64,000 nucleotides of DNA from Sulfurospirillaceae bacterium. Its GTDB lineage: Bacteria > Campylobacterota > Campylobacteria > Campylobacterales > Sulfurospirillaceae. Of this stretch, positions 1 through 10,933 are shown piece by piece. Below the pieces are notes generated by a model. It did no database searches. It was given only the letters and a program-made list of their open reading frames with translations, and was not told where the DNA came from. The translations under genes were made by a program, and so were the position numbers. Location of the stretch: contig JAWVXD010000005.1 of the NCBI GenBank assembly GCA_033723415.1, positions 176,486 to 240,485 on the forward strand, in the 5' to 3' direction. Each line of letters begins with the position of its first letter. The stretch's first letter is position 1.

Positions 1-39
1 TGTCCCCTTTTATAATATAAAGTGAACATATTATAGCTA

Positions 40-68
40 ATGCCGCCAAGTTTTTTGCTTAGCGGCAT
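40..68 (-). terminator. stem-loop just downstream of ccsBA (probable terminator)
   Basis: Minus strand ATGCCGCTAAG...CTTGGCGGCAT, an 11-bp stem starting 8 nt after the stop codon; weak U-tract. Confidence 0.6.
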
Positions 69-76
69 AAAATATT

Positions 77-3000
77 TTAGAGTTTTTTATCCATTTTCCT
101 ATTTCTAAATGATAATACTATAACAGCAAAAACAGTTGCTACGGTATAGTATACAAAAGTAGGAATCGGAACAGGATCTCCTGTTGCGTATGAATGCATT
201 CCTGATAGATAATAATTGACACCAAAGTATGTCATGATAATTGAAGAATATGCTAATGTTGAAGCTACAGCAAAAGCAAAAGGCGTACTAAGTTTCGGTA
301 CAAATCTAAAATGTACTACTGCTGCAAATATCAAAATCGACACTAGTGCCCAAGTCTCTTTTGGATCCCAACCCCAATATCTGCCCCATGATTCATTTGC
401 CCATACGCCACCTAGGAAGTTTCCTATAGTTAGCAGGCTCAATCCAAGTATCATAGCCATTTCATTTATTCTAGTGGCTTCTACTATGCTTCTGTCCAAC
501 TCTTGAGCTCTCTTTGTATTGGCGTTTGGCTGTCTAAATATAAATAGGATAAGTGTAAAGAATCCTAACAAGGCACAGAGTCCTAAAAATCCGTAACTTG
601 CCGTAATGATAGAAACGTGAATATCTAGCCAATATGAACTTAGAACCGGTACTAAGGTCGTAATTTGAGGGTCCATCCAACTTAAATGTGCTACAAAAAG
701 CGTAATTCCTGCCAGAATAGAAGTCAAAGAAAGTGCTATTGTCGCCTGTCTTGAGAAAATTATACCTGAGAGTATAATCGCCCAGGCAATATATATCATA
801 GACTCATATCCATTGCTCCATGGGGCATGTCCGTCAATATATCCTCTAAGTGCCAGACCTACTGTATGTGCAATAAAACCTAGGACAATGATGAAGAATA
901 TGACTTTAGAAGCTCTTTTGATATTTAGAGACGGCTTCATCATCTTTGCAAATATGAACATGAGCAGAATAAATCCACTTAAAAGGTATAAAGGGGTCAA
1001 TCTTTGAAATATATGCGCTTTATTAAAGAATATCTCTGCTTTGATCTTACTAGGACTAGGTATGATCTCAGAAGCATACTGCTCTTGATATTTTTTTATG
1101 CCATCTATCGCGTTATTTGCATCACTCCAGTTTCCTGTTTTAATTCCTGTAGCAATACCGTCAAAATATCCTGCAAGCATTTTTCTTACTTCTTCACCTT
1201 CACTCTTTGGAAAAGTAGTAATTGCATCTTTTGGGCTAAACCATTTATTGTTCTGATCATTTATCTTTGGTATTATTTTTAAGATATCCCCTGTATAGAC
1301 CATATAACATATATTTAACCTCTCATCGACTTTGAGAATATCTTTGTCAAATTTATTTCGTTCACTTGGGCTCTTTCTACTGGCTTCTTCTGCATATTTT
1401 GCCAATTTGTAAGCCCCACCGTCTTTATTTGTTACAAAGAATTGATTGAAATCTGCATATTTTTCATCCGGACTCATACCAAGAATTTTTTTGATAGTCG
1501 GATGAAAAACATATATCATTTTTTGTGTTTGCCACTCTTTAGGACTGGCTATCATCCCTAGCAACACTTGATTTGGAGTCAAACCTTTAAAATTTGTACC
1601 TCTGTATACTTTATTTAATACATCAGTAGAGAGTGTGTCTATAGGCTTTATCCTGCCATCTGCACTTTGTACGAGTATCGTGCCAAAATTCTGGGCACTG
1701 TTTTTATCAAATTTTTTAAGAAAATTAAAAACGCTGTCATCTGCTTTTGCTTGATTTACACTTAAAAAGCTAAGTGATATAAATAGTGCTAAAAGCAGAG
1801 ATTTAGTTTTATTTGCATCTCTTTGTATCATGCTTGCCAACTTTCTAAATCTACTTTTTGGATTCAACAGGTTAAAGAACAATCCAAGTCCTAACAAGAA
1901 ATAACCTAAATAAGTAGGCCATTTGCCTGGATCTCTGTTAACAGAAAGGATCGTACCCATTTCATCTCTATCATATGATGATTGAAAAAATCTATATCCG
2001 CCATAGTTAAGTACATGGTTCATATATATTCTATATGGCATATGTACATTATTTGCTTTGTCTATAACCTCTACTTCACTAGCATAAGACATAGGTGACA
2101 TTGAACCAGGATATCTCTCTAGTTGGAATTCGATCAATTTTAGTGAAAAAGGTAATTTAATTATTTTGCTTCCCCATTTTAGCTCAAATGGCGTGCCTGC
2201 AACAGTTACTTTCTTAGCTACCCCTTCTGAACCTTTTCCTCTGCCAAACATCGCAACTTCTTTAGTTTCACCTTTGTAGCTAAGGTCTACTAACACAGCT
2301 GACATTTTCATTTTAGATCTTCTGAACATCGGATTATCTTCACTGACTATTTTTTCTTTAGCGTGAGTTAACATTTGTCTTGGAGCAATATTTACCCCAC
2401 CTATAGTGTATAATCTACCTGTTGTAAATTCATACTCTTTATTAGCTTCAAACTCTCCTCTTGTATTTTGTCGCATCCTAAACCAACCGATGGGAGTTGA
2501 AGAGTTTACGTAAAATTTGCCGTCTTTTACGTAGATCTTGATAATATTTTTATCTGTAGAATTAACCGGAGAGTCAAAAGCAATGATATTATTGCCGGCC
2601 GTATAAACCTGTCCTTTTTGTAAAGTAACATTATTTGGACTGCCGCCAACACTTACAAGCATCGTTATTGTTGCTTTTCCACTTGGATCAGAGACAAGTT
2701 TTGTTACTGCATTTGGAATAAATTTTTTAAATTTAACATCAGCTGTATCACCAGCAACATTCAATTTTATATCAAATTTATTATCTCCGAGAGAAGATAA
2801 GAGTTTTTTCAAACTCACCTCATATTTTTTATCTCCCTTAACTGCACTCACTGTTATATTTGGAGCACTGGAAAGCATTTTGTCTGCTGTCATACCATTT
2901 CGAATATGCAAGATTCCTTCATAACCAAAATATCTTGTAATGCCGGCACCTATAAGTATGACTATAAAAGCAAGATGAAATAAAAAAGCCGGTAGTTTAT

Positions 3001-3220
3001 CACGTTTGTACATTTTGTACTTGATTATGTTATTCGCCAATAAAATTGCGAGTGCAACTTGTATGGCTGCGAACCACCAACTGGTATAAATGATAGCCCA
3101 AGCGGCTTCAGTACCAAAATCATTTTCAATGAAAGTAGCGACTCCGCTAACAACACCAAAAATAAAAAGAAGTAAAATCACTGTTCTCATGGACATGAGT
3201 GATTTAAAAAATTTGTTCAT
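77..3220 (-). CDS. ccsA: system II cytochrome c synthase, fused CcsB(ResB)-CcsA
   Basis: 1047 aa; ResB-like N-terminus (FHLAF, YRFFQSSYD) and C-terminal WWD motif WANESWGRYWGWDPKETW followed by SGMHSY. Confidence 0.93.
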   Translation of the reverse strand: MNKFFKSLMSMRTVILLLFIFGVVSGVATFIENDFGTEAAWAIIYTSWWFAAIQVALAILLANNIIKYKMYKRDKLPAFLFHLAFIVILIGAGITRYFGYEGILHIRNGMTADKMLSSAPNITVSAVKGDKKYEVSLKKLLSSLGDNKFDIKLNVAGDTADVKFKKFIPNAVTKLVSDPSGKATITMLVSVGGSPNNVTLQKGQVYTAGNNIIAFDSPVNSTDKNIIKIYVKDGKFYVNSSTPIGWFRMRQNTRGEFEANKEYEFTTGRLYTIGGVNIAPRQMLTHAKEKIVSEDNPMFRRSKMKMSAVLVDLSYKGETKEVAMFGRGKGSEGVAKKVTVAGTPFELKWGSKIIKLPFSLKLIEFQLERYPGSMSPMSYASEVEVIDKANNVHMPYRIYMNHVLNYGGYRFFQSSYDRDEMGTILSVNRDPGKWPTYLGYFLLGLGLFFNLLNPKSRFRKLASMIQRDANKTKSLLLALFISLSFLSVNQAKADDSVFNFLKKFDKNSAQNFGTILVQSADGRIKPIDTLSTDVLNKVYRGTNFKGLTPNQVLLGMIASPKEWQTQKMIYVFHPTIKKILGMSPDEKYADFNQFFVTNKDGGAYKLAKYAEEASRKSPSERNKFDKDILKVDERLNICYMVYTGDILKIIPKINDQNNKWFSPKDAITTFPKSEGEEVRKMLAGYFDGIATGIKTGNWSDANNAIDGIKKYQEQYASEIIPSPSKIKAEIFFNKAHIFQRLTPLYLLSGFILLMFIFAKMMKPSLNIKRASKVIFFIIVLGFIAHTVGLALRGYIDGHAPWSNGYESMIYIAWAIILSGIIFSRQATIALSLTSILAGITLFVAHLSWMDPQITTLVPVLSSYWLDIHVSIITASYGFLGLCALLGFFTLILFIFRQPNANTKRAQELDRSIVEATRINEMAMILGLSLLTIGNFLGGVWANESWGRYWGWDPKETWALVSILIFAAVVHFRFVPKLSTPFAFAVASTLAYSSIIMTYFGVNYYLSGMHSYATGDPVPIPTFVYYTVATVFAVIVLSFRNRKMDKKL

Positions 3221-3295
3221 AAAATCCCCTATATTATAATATAATTAGGGGATTTTAACAGATAAAAGTAAATATTGTTTAAATATTAGTATTTC

Positions 3296-3991
3296 TTATC
3301 CACCGAGGTATTTTTGTCTGATAGAATCGTCTCCTATCATGTCGGCAGCATTACCATGCATTGCAATTTGACCATTCTCTAGAACATACGCTCTATCAGA
3401 TATATTAAGGGCTGCAAAAGCATTTTGTTCGACCAAAAGAATAGTAATACCCTCTTCTCTGAGTCTTATAATAGTATCAAAAACTTCACCCACGATTTTT
3501 GGTGCAAGCCCCAGGCTTGGCTCATCTAGCATTAAAAGTTTCGGCTCGCTCATAAGTGCTCTAGCGATTGCTAGCATTTGCTGCTCGCCACCACTTAGCG
3601 TTCCTGCCATTTGTCTTCTTTTTTGCTCAATTCTTGGGAAAAGTTTATACATAGCATCTTTTAAGTGCTCATAATTCTCATCATTGTTAAAAGCACCCAT
3701 TCTAAGGTTTTCTTCAACACTCAAATTGATAAAAACTCTCCTTCCTTCAGGAACTAGAGCTAAACCTTTTTGAACCATAGTGTGAGTTTTATGATGTTTA
3801 GTATCATATCCGCCAAAGGAGACAGTTCCTTTTCTTTTTGTACTGTTAAGAACTGCTTGCAGTGTTGATGTTTTCCCAGCTCCGTTTGAACCGATCAATG
3901 AGACTATTTCACCCTCATTTACTTCAAAACTCACTTTTCTGACAGCAGCAATAACTCCATAATAGACTTCTAAATTTTCAACTTTAAGCAT
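3296..3991 (-). CDS. livF: branched-chain amino acid ABC transporter ATPase
   Basis: GSNGAGKT, LSGGEQQM, LDEPSLGLAP; start moved to MLKVENLEV at 3991, overlapping the livG end. Confidence 0.93.
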   Translation of the reverse strand: MLKVENLEVYYGVIAAVRKVSFEVNEGEIVSLIGSNGAGKTSTLQAVLNSTKRKGTVSFGGYDTKHHKTHTMVQKGLALVPEGRRVFINLSVEENLRMGAFNNDENYEHLKDAMYKLFPRIEQKRRQMAGTLSGGEQQMLAIARALMSEPKLLMLDEPSLGLAPKIVGEVFDTIIRLREEGITILLVEQNAFAALNISDRAYVLENGQIAMHGNAADMIGDDSIRQKYLGG

Positions 3992-4751
3992 GTTTAAAAT
4001 CCCCCAAGTATGCTGCAACAACTTTTTCATCAACAATAGCGTCGCTAGGTTTCCCTTCAAAAATTTCTTCACCGTAATCTAAAACAAGCACTTTATCACA
4101 CATATTGTTTACAAATTTCATGTCATGTTCGATCAATAATACTGTAAGGCCATACTCATCTTTCACTTTTTTAATAATATGTGATAAATCCTCTGTTTCA
4201 CTAGGGTTCATACCGGCTGCAGGCTCGTCAAGAAGTAATAATCTAGGATTAGTTGCCAATGCTCTGGCAATTTCAACTTTTCTTTGATTTCCATAGCTCA
4301 ATGCTGTTGCATTTGAGTATGCCAAATCAGCAATGCCGAATTTGTCAAGCATATTCAGTGCATCTTGTTTTATCGTTTTTTCATAAAAGAAGTGTCTCGG
4401 TAATCTAAGGATCGATTCAACATAAGTGTACTTTGCCTGATTGTGAAATCCAATAAGTACATTTTCCAAAACATTCATGCTCTTAAAAAGTCTAATATTT
4501 TGGAATGTTCTAGCAATACCTTTCTCTACGATCATATTTGGTTTAATACCTGATATCTCGTCATTATTGAAAACAACTTTCCCACTTGTCTGTGTATAGT
4601 TTCCTGTAATAATATTAAAAAGTGTTGTTTTACCTGCGCCGTTTGGTCCGATAAGTCCGTAAATTTCACCTGCATTTACATTAAATGAAAGATCGTCTAT
4701 CGCAGTGACACCACCAAATTGCATAGTGATATTTTGAAGTTGCAATATCAT
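3984..4751 (-). CDS. livG: branched-chain amino acid ABC transporter ATPase
   Basis: GPNGAGKTT, GIARTFQNIRLF, LSYGNQR, LDEPAAGMN, C-terminal AYLG. Confidence 0.93.
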   Translation of the reverse strand: MILQLQNITMQFGGVTAIDDLSFNVNAGEIYGLIGPNGAGKTTLFNIITGNYTQTSGKVVFNNDEISGIKPNMIVEKGIARTFQNIRLFKSMNVLENVLIGFHNQAKYTYVESILRLPRHFFYEKTIKQDALNMLDKFGIADLAYSNATALSYGNQRKVEIARALATNPRLLLLDEPAAGMNPSETEDLSHIIKKVKDEYGLTVLLIEHDMKFVNNMCDKVLVLDYGEEIFEGKPSDAIVDEKVVAAYLGDFKHA

Positions 4752-5755
4752 TTGCTTCTCCTTTTTATCATATCAGACAGCTCTCTGTTGCCAAATATTC
4801 CTTTTCTTGCAAATAACATCAATACTATCAATAATATTGAAAAAGTTACCATTCTAAGGCCAGGATGCGCTCCGGTGTTATATCCAAAAATATCCATATT
4901 TTGATCTAAGAATCTCAACCATTCCGTGCCTCCCATAACCAATATGGCTCCTATAATAGTACCACTCATTGAACCTAATCCGCCAAGTACGATTATGATC
5001 AATAGTTGGAAAGTCAATAAGAACGTGAACTGATCAGGAGATATAGTTGTCAATAATGAAGCCATCAGACCGCCACCAATACCTTCAAAGAATGCACTTG
5101 TCATAAATGCATATGTTTTTATCCAAAAAGTACTAATTCCCATAGCAATAGCAGCATCTTCATCATCCCTGACTGCTTTCATGGCTCTTCCATACTTGGA
5201 ATAAATAATATTTAGCATGATGATAAAGGTTACAATCGTGATAAAACCTGTCCAGTACAAATTTGCCGTACCAGGTATATCATTTAGACCCATTGCACCA
5301 TTTGTATATTTTGGTGAATTCATAGCAAATATTCTGATTATAAATCCAAAACCAAGCGTAACAATAGCTAGATAATCTCCTCTAACTCTAAAAACCGGAA
5401 TTGAAAGAATAAAAGCTAGTATTGCAGCTACTACGCCACTTGCAAGAAGCGCAACAAAAAAGTTACTGTGCAATGCCAAGATAATAGGTGCAGGGTCTTC
5501 AAGTGCAAACATATCTACTTTTGTTGCAGCAGGCAATAATAGCAATGAAGTAACATATGCTCCTATAGCAACGAACCCGTTTGGCTCAAGGGAAAACTGC
5601 CCTGCCACACCATTTATAAGATTATAACTTAAACCTAAGATTGCAAAAATAGCTATATTATTTAGTATACTAACTGTATACGGATCCAAATTGTTTTGAG
5701 CAAAAAAGATAAATAATATAGAAATAGCTAATAGTATAATTTTTATTATTTTCAT
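4748..5755 (-). CDS. livM: branched-chain amino acid ABC permease
   Basis: Polytopic; RVRGDYLAIVTLGF, GRAMKAVRDDEDAA, LGGLGSM. Confidence 0.92.
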   Translation of the reverse strand: MKIIKIILLAISILFIFFAQNNLDPYTVSILNNIAIFAILGLSYNLINGVAGQFSLEPNGFVAIGAYVTSLLLLPAATKVDMFALEDPAPIILALHSNFFVALLASGVVAAILAFILSIPVFRVRGDYLAIVTLGFGFIIRIFAMNSPKYTNGAMGLNDIPGTANLYWTGFITIVTFIIMLNIIYSKYGRAMKAVRDDEDAAIAMGISTFWIKTYAFMTSAFFEGIGGGLMASLLTTISPDQFTFLLTFQLLIIIVLGGLGSMSGTIIGAILVMGGTEWLRFLDQNMDIFGYNTGAHPGLRMVTFSILLIVLMLFARKGIFGNRELSDMIKRRSK

Positions 5756-5763
5756 ATTTGCTC

Positions 5764-6657
5764 CTAAAATCTACTTCGCTCTAAATCTTGTCCCATTATA
5801 CCTGTCGGTTTAAATAATAGAACTAAAATCAAGAAAACGAAAGCGAATGCGTCTTTATATCCGCCAAGTTCCGGCATGAATGCAACAACAACAATCTCGG
5901 TAAATCCTAGTATGAATCCACCCAGTACTGCTCCTGTAACACTTCCGATACCACCAAGTACTGCAGCTGCGAAAGCTTTCAAACCAACGATCACACCCAT
6001 CAACGGGTCAATCGAAGGATAACTTATGGCATAAAATACACCACCTATCGCAGCAAGGCCTGAACCCATAGCAAAAACAAGCATGATAATGATATCAGCA
6101 TTGATACCCATGAGTTTTACAGTAGGAATATCAAATGCGAGAGATCTGATCGCCATACCGTATTTTGTTTTGCCGAGTATCCAAAGCATGATAAAGAGCA
6201 AAACCAATGTCACTACCGGTATTATCAGCACTGTGATTGGAATAATAATACCGTCAAAATGCAAAATCTTAGTTAGATAATCCGGTGCGGAAAATGCTCT
6301 AGGTACGCCGCCGAATAGAACATTAAAAAGATTTTCCAAGAAGAAACTAATACCGATTGCTGTAATAAGCAGTGATATTTTTGGGGCATCGCGCAGGGGT
6401 TTATAGGCGATTTTATCTGTTAAAATACCTGTTACCATAGCAGCTATAATAGCTAATATAACAGCTAATTCAAAAGGAACGCCATGAGCTTGCGCAAAAT
6501 ATGCTACGAATGCGCCGACCATCATGATGTCTCCATGTGCAAAGTTGATGAGACGTAATACTCCATACACCAAAGTATAACCTATGGCGATCAAAGCATA
6601 CATACTTCCCAAACTTATTCCATTTATCATCTGTTGTGAGAATGTTAATAAATCCAT
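5764..6657 (-). CDS. livH: branched-chain amino acid ABC permease
   Basis: GSMYALIAIGYTLVYGVLRLINFAHG; KAFAAAVLGGIGS. Confidence 0.94.
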   Translation of the reverse strand: MDLLTFSQQMINGISLGSMYALIAIGYTLVYGVLRLINFAHGDIMMVGAFVAYFAQAHGVPFELAVILAIIAAMVTGILTDKIAYKPLRDAPKISLLITAIGISFFLENLFNVLFGGVPRAFSAPDYLTKILHFDGIIIPITVLIIPVVTLVLLFIMLWILGKTKYGMAIRSLAFDIPTVKLMGINADIIIMLVFAMGSGLAAIGGVFYAISYPSIDPLMGVIVGLKAFAAAVLGGIGSVTGAVLGGFILGFTEIVVVAFMPELGGYKDAFAFVFLILVLLFKPTGIMGQDLERSRF

Positions 6658-6697
6658 TTTATAGTACCTTTAGTTATTTGTAGTTTTAGTAGAATGA

Positions 6698-6722
6698 GAT
6701 AGAGGAAAAATTTTCCTCTATC
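6698..6722 (-). terminator. intercistronic stem-loop between livJ and livH
   Basis: GATAGAGGAAA-aat-TTTCCTCTATC, a perfect 11-bp inverted repeat just after the binding-protein gene; no strong U-tract, so a stabiliser or partial terminator. Confidence 0.6.
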
Positions 6723-6732
6723 CTGGAATTTT

Positions 6733-7845
6733 TTATGGATTTACTGTTGCCGCGTAAGCTAGTTTGCCATCTTTAACAACATTAACAACTGCAGATTTTA
6801 CAGCGTCTCCGTGTTTGTTTATATTTATGATACCTGTAACACCTTGGAAGTTTTTAGTGTTTCTCAAGTTTTTATTTACACAAATTTTATTTGAAGGGTC
6901 TTTACATTTATTCATAGCAGCCAAGATCATATTATATGCATCTGCAGCTAGAGCACCCATTGAGTCTGATGTTTTGTGATATTTTTTGTGGAATGCAGCA
7001 ACATAAGCTTTTGCAACTTTTGATGTAGCAGCTGCTTCATTATAGTGGTCACTGTATAAGAAACCTTCAGAAGCTTTTCCACCGATTTTAATAAGTTCAG
7101 GGAAACCAACGCCGTCACCACCGATAAATGGAGCTTTAACACCTACATCTCTTGCTTGTCTAACCATCAAAGCACCTTCTGGATAATATCCAGTAAAAGA
7201 TACGATACTTGGATTTTTTGCTTTTATAGCTGAAACTTGTGCATTAAAATCTTTGTCGCCAGAGTTGATCAATGCTCTTCCTACTATTTTACCGCCACCA
7301 GCTACGTAAGCTTTTTTAAACGCTTTTGAAAGACCAACTGAGTAATCTTGCTTAGCATCTGTAACCATGAACGCTGTTTTATATCCATGCTGTAAAGCAT
7401 ATTTTGCTTCAACTGCACCTTGGAAAGGATCAATAAAACATGCACGAGTTACGAATTTTTTGCCCTTAGTAACTCTTGGATTAGTTGACGCATGTGTTAT
7501 CATTGGAGTCTTTGATTTTTCAGCTATTGGTGCCATAGCCATTGAGTTACTACTTGCAACCTCACCCAAAATCGCTGTAACTTTATTTTTATCTATAAGT
7601 CTTTTTGTAGCAGTTGCTGCTTCAACTTTATCGCCTCTGTCATCCAATAGAATAAGCTTAACAGTATCACCATTTTTTAATGTATGGTTTTCTGCATAAG
7701 CAATGTTTAGTCCGTCGCTACTTGTTTGACCGAAAGCCGCCAAAGGCCCTGTCATTGGAAGCACAACACCTATCTTCACTTCTTTAGCATATGACATGCT
7801 AGCAATAATTGCAACACTTGCTGCGATCATGGAAATCTTTTTCAT
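6733..7845 (-). CDS. livJ: branched-chain amino acid ABC substrate-binding protein
   Basis: Signal peptide; VKIGVVLPMTG, RACFIDPFQG; SD AAGGAGA upstream; heads the liv operon. Confidence 0.88.
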   Translation of the reverse strand: MKKISMIAASVAIIASMSYAKEVKIGVVLPMTGPLAAFGQTSSDGLNIAYAENHTLKNGDTVKLILLDDRGDKVEAATATKRLIDKNKVTAILGEVASSNSMAMAPIAEKSKTPMITHASTNPRVTKGKKFVTRACFIDPFQGAVEAKYALQHGYKTAFMVTDAKQDYSVGLSKAFKKAYVAGGGKIVGRALINSGDKDFNAQVSAIKAKNPSIVSFTGYYPEGALMVRQARDVGVKAPFIGGDGVGFPELIKIGGKASEGFLYSDHYNEAAATSKVAKAYVAAFHKKYHKTSDSMGALAADAYNMILAAMNKCKDPSNKICVNKNLRNTKNFQGVTGIININKHGDAVKSAVVNVVKDGKLAYAATVNP

Positions 7846-8058
7846 TTATTCTCCTTAAGTTTATAACGAAAGTAATTTTATCAGCTTTTTTTTCATAAAG
7901 CAAGAAAAAATGATTAAATTTTAAACAATTGTTAATAGAGTGTAAATATGTACAAAATGGTAACATATAAAGGTTTTATAATTATAAAAAATAATAATAA
8001 AAGATAAGATTTCTTGTAGTTTTGCAGTAAGTTAGAGCGTTTGCTTATTTTTGGGCAT

Positions 8059-8092
8059 AAAAAAAGCCGAGTCCACATAAGTGAACCCGGCT
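8059..8092 (-). terminator. rho-independent terminator of the porin gene
   Basis: Minus strand AGCCGGGTTCAC-TTAT-GTGGACTCGGC followed by T7. Confidence 0.85.
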
Positions 8093-8117
8093 GCTTGTTA
8101 TTAGATTTAAACTAATA

Positions 8118-9404
8118 CTAGAAAGAGTAAATAGCTTTGAATCTAAATCTTTTGTCATCAGATATATTATTAAGCTTAGCATTTCTTACTTCGTACTGAG
8201 CTGTCATACCAAGACCTTTAAGTGTACCTTCGAATTTGTAACCAGCACCTAGACCATAACCTGTATAGTCACTATTCAAGCTAACACTATATGTAACTGG
8301 TGTAGTTGATAGAGCTTTAATTGATTGTGCATCTGCATTTGGCATATCTGCATTTACATAGTAACCATATACATGTGAATCTTTGTTGATTTTATAACCA
8401 ACTTGTAATTTATAAGTTTTTTGTCCAGCAGCATAGTCATCACCTGTATTTATGTCACCAGCTGTGAAGATATTATCTGCACCATAACCTAAACCTGGAA
8501 CTGCATTAGCATCGCTTTTGATTTTAGAGTAAGCAGCAGAAAAACTTACAGGACCTACGCCGATATCAGCCATCAAACCATAGTATCCACTGTTTTTAGA
8601 AGAAACTTTTGTATCATAATCTGTAACGTTGAATTGTCCAGAAAGACCATAGCTAAAGCTGTCAGTTTTGCTAGCATAGTCAGCTTGTACATAGTACAAG
8701 TTTGCTACGTCTACTGCATCACCCCATTGAGCTTGAAGTTTCAAACCTGGAATTGATGTATTTACTGCATATAAAGTGTAAGCACCTTTTTGTAGATTAC
8801 CTGCATATGCAAAGTCATGTGTAAATGTACCTATAGCACTATCAGTACCGCCAGTCGTTCTGCCTTGGAATAGGTAAACATAACCAGCTACCAATGTTGT
8901 ATTTGGAAGACCTGTATAACCTAGTAAGTAACCTTCAAAAGATTGCTTTGTCATTCTTGAGCCAGAACCAGCAACAAGTGGAGTGCTGATGTATTGGCGA
9001 CCAGCTTTTACAAAGAAACCAGAGTTTACATATTGTAAGTAAGCTTCAGAGAAAACTTCACCAGAACCATACATATCACCACTGTACATTGCTTTTGCAG
9101 CATCGTTAGCAAATGGTGAGTGAGTACTTTGAACTGTTGCACCTGCGCTAAAACCATTGAATGTTGCAGTTTTATATGTTAGGTCAAGACCAAAGTCTAA
9201 GATATTTGCACTTGTGCTACTGTTAACGATTGTAGTACCGTCTGTTGATTTTGCTGTAGGCTTATTTCTGTTGAAATAATACGCAGACAATGTACCGTGG
9301 ATAGTACCTTCTTTGAACATACCAGCAAGTGAATCAGCAGCGAATGCGCTAGCAGAAAGACTTGCAACTGTGATAGCTGCCAAGCTAAGTTTAGCTAATT
9401 TCAT
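8118..9404 (-). CDS. OprD-family outer membrane porin
   Basis: Signal peptide MKLAKLSLAAI after SD AAGGAGA; FKEG, SEAYLQY, KAGRQYISTPL, C-terminal RFKAIYSF. Confidence 0.85.
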   Translation of the reverse strand: MKLAKLSLAAITVASLSASAFAADSLAGMFKEGTIHGTLSAYYFNRNKPTAKSTDGTTIVNSSTSANILDFGLDLTYKTATFNGFSAGATVQSTHSPFANDAAKAMYSGDMYGSGEVFSEAYLQYVNSGFFVKAGRQYISTPLVAGSGSRMTKQSFEGYLLGYTGLPNTTLVAGYVYLFQGRTTGGTDSAIGTFTHDFAYAGNLQKGAYTLYAVNTSIPGLKLQAQWGDAVDVANLYYVQADYASKTDSFSYGLSGQFNVTDYDTKVSSKNSGYYGLMADIGVGPVSFSAAYSKIKSDANAVPGLGYGADNIFTAGDINTGDDYAAGQKTYKLQVGYKINKDSHVYGYYVNADMPNADAQSIKALSTTPVTYSVSLNSDYTGYGLGAGYKFEGTLKGLGMTAQYEVRNAKLNNISDDKRFRFKAIYSF

Positions 9405-9649
9405 ATAATCTCCTTGAAAAAATTTTAATAACGCAGTCATTGTAGCAAAAAAATATATAAACTTCAAGATAAAAGTGATTAAAATAATAGATAATTTTAA
9501 TTTTGTTACTATTTTGTTATCTTCTTGTGTCCTCTAACTGAGTTTGGTGCATTTTTTGAGACTTTTGAAAATAAGGAGTAAAAATAGGTTACCTTTGATA
9601 ATCAAAAAGCAACCTATATTATAATGAAAGGAATCTATTTTAGATATTT

Positions 9650-10933
9650 TTAATAGCCATACATTAAGTTTGGCAACCATAGAGAAATGATCGGTATATA
9701 TGTGATCAACAGTAATCCTACTAAGATAGTAAGTGCCCATGGCAATGAAGCAACTACTACATCTTTTAGGCTTAATCCGGTAATACCGCTGGCAACGAAT
9801 AAATTCAGTCCTACAGGCGGTGTGATCATACCTATCTCCATATTTATAACCATTATAACACCCAAGTGAATCGGATCGATCCCCAGTGTCTTTGCGATAG
9901 GAAGTAAAAGCGGAACAGTGATCATAACAACCGAACTAGGTTCCATAAACTGGCCCATTAAAAATAGTAATATATTTACAATGACCAAGAACATGACCGG
10001 TCCGACATGTGCCTCAACTATCATTTGTGTTATATGCTGAGGAATACTCTCTAATGTCAAAAAATGTGAGAATATCATCGCATTTGCGATTATGAAGAAT
10101 ATCATCGAACTTGTCATAGCAGAATCAAGTATAATCCTATATAAATCTTTGAATTTCAAATCTTTATACACAAAGTATGATACAAAAAATGCATAAAAAG
10201 CACTTACTGCACCTGCTTCTGTTGGAGTAAACAAGCCTCCGTAAATTCCCCCGATAACTATTATTATAAGCATTAGTGCCCAAAATGCTCTTTTAAAAGC
10301 TTTCATTCTGACACTAAATGGAGCCATTTTTTCTTTTTTAAATCCTAGTCTAACGGCACCTATATATGTTACAAGCATCAACATGAACCCTATAAGTAAA
10401 CCCGGTACAACACCTGCCATAAACAATTTACCGATAGATTGATCTGCAGTAACACCGTAAACGATAAAAACGATAGAAGGCGGTATCAAAATACCTAGAC
10501 TTCCAGCAGTTGCTATCGTTCCGATAGCATATTTGGTTGGATATCCTGCTTCTTTTATTGCACCGTACATAACAGACCCAATAGCCACAACAGTAGCCGG
10601 CGAGCTTCCTGAAACCGCAGCAAATATTACACTTGCAAAAATCGCAGCTATAGGCAATCCGCCAGGAAGGTGTCCTACTATAGATTTAGCAAATTCTATA
10701 ATTCTAGATGATGCACTTCCTTTGGACAAAAAGGAACCTGCCAGGATAAACATAGGAATGGCCATAAGTGTGTACTGATCCAAGCCGTTAAAAACACTAT
10801 CAGGTATTCCCATAAGATCCATATTTGTAAACATAAGTGCAGTTACCATCGTACTCGCACCGAGACTTACAGCAACAGGCACACCGATCAACATCAAAGC
10901 AAAAAGGAGTATAAAAAGAGTTGCTATCATCAT
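9650..10933 (-). CDS. dctM: TRAP transporter large permease
   Basis: AIPMFILAG, FAAVSGSSPAT, GILIPPSI, ITPPVGLNLFV. Confidence 0.95.
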   Translation of the reverse strand: MMIATLFILLFALMLIGVPVAVSLGASTMVTALMFTNMDLMGIPDSVFNGLDQYTLMAIPMFILAGSFLSKGSASSRIIEFAKSIVGHLPGGLPIAAIFASVIFAAVSGSSPATVVAIGSVMYGAIKEAGYPTKYAIGTIATAGSLGILIPPSIVFIVYGVTADQSIGKLFMAGVVPGLLIGFMLMLVTYIGAVRLGFKKEKMAPFSVRMKAFKRAFWALMLIIIVIGGIYGGLFTPTEAGAVSAFYAFFVSYFVYKDLKFKDLYRIILDSAMTSSMIFFIIANAMIFSHFLTLESIPQHITQMIVEAHVGPVMFLVIVNILLFLMGQFMEPSSVVMITVPLLLPIAKTLGIDPIHLGVIMVINMEIGMITPPVGLNLFVASGITGLSLKDVVVASLPWALTILVGLLLITYIPIISLWLPNLMYGY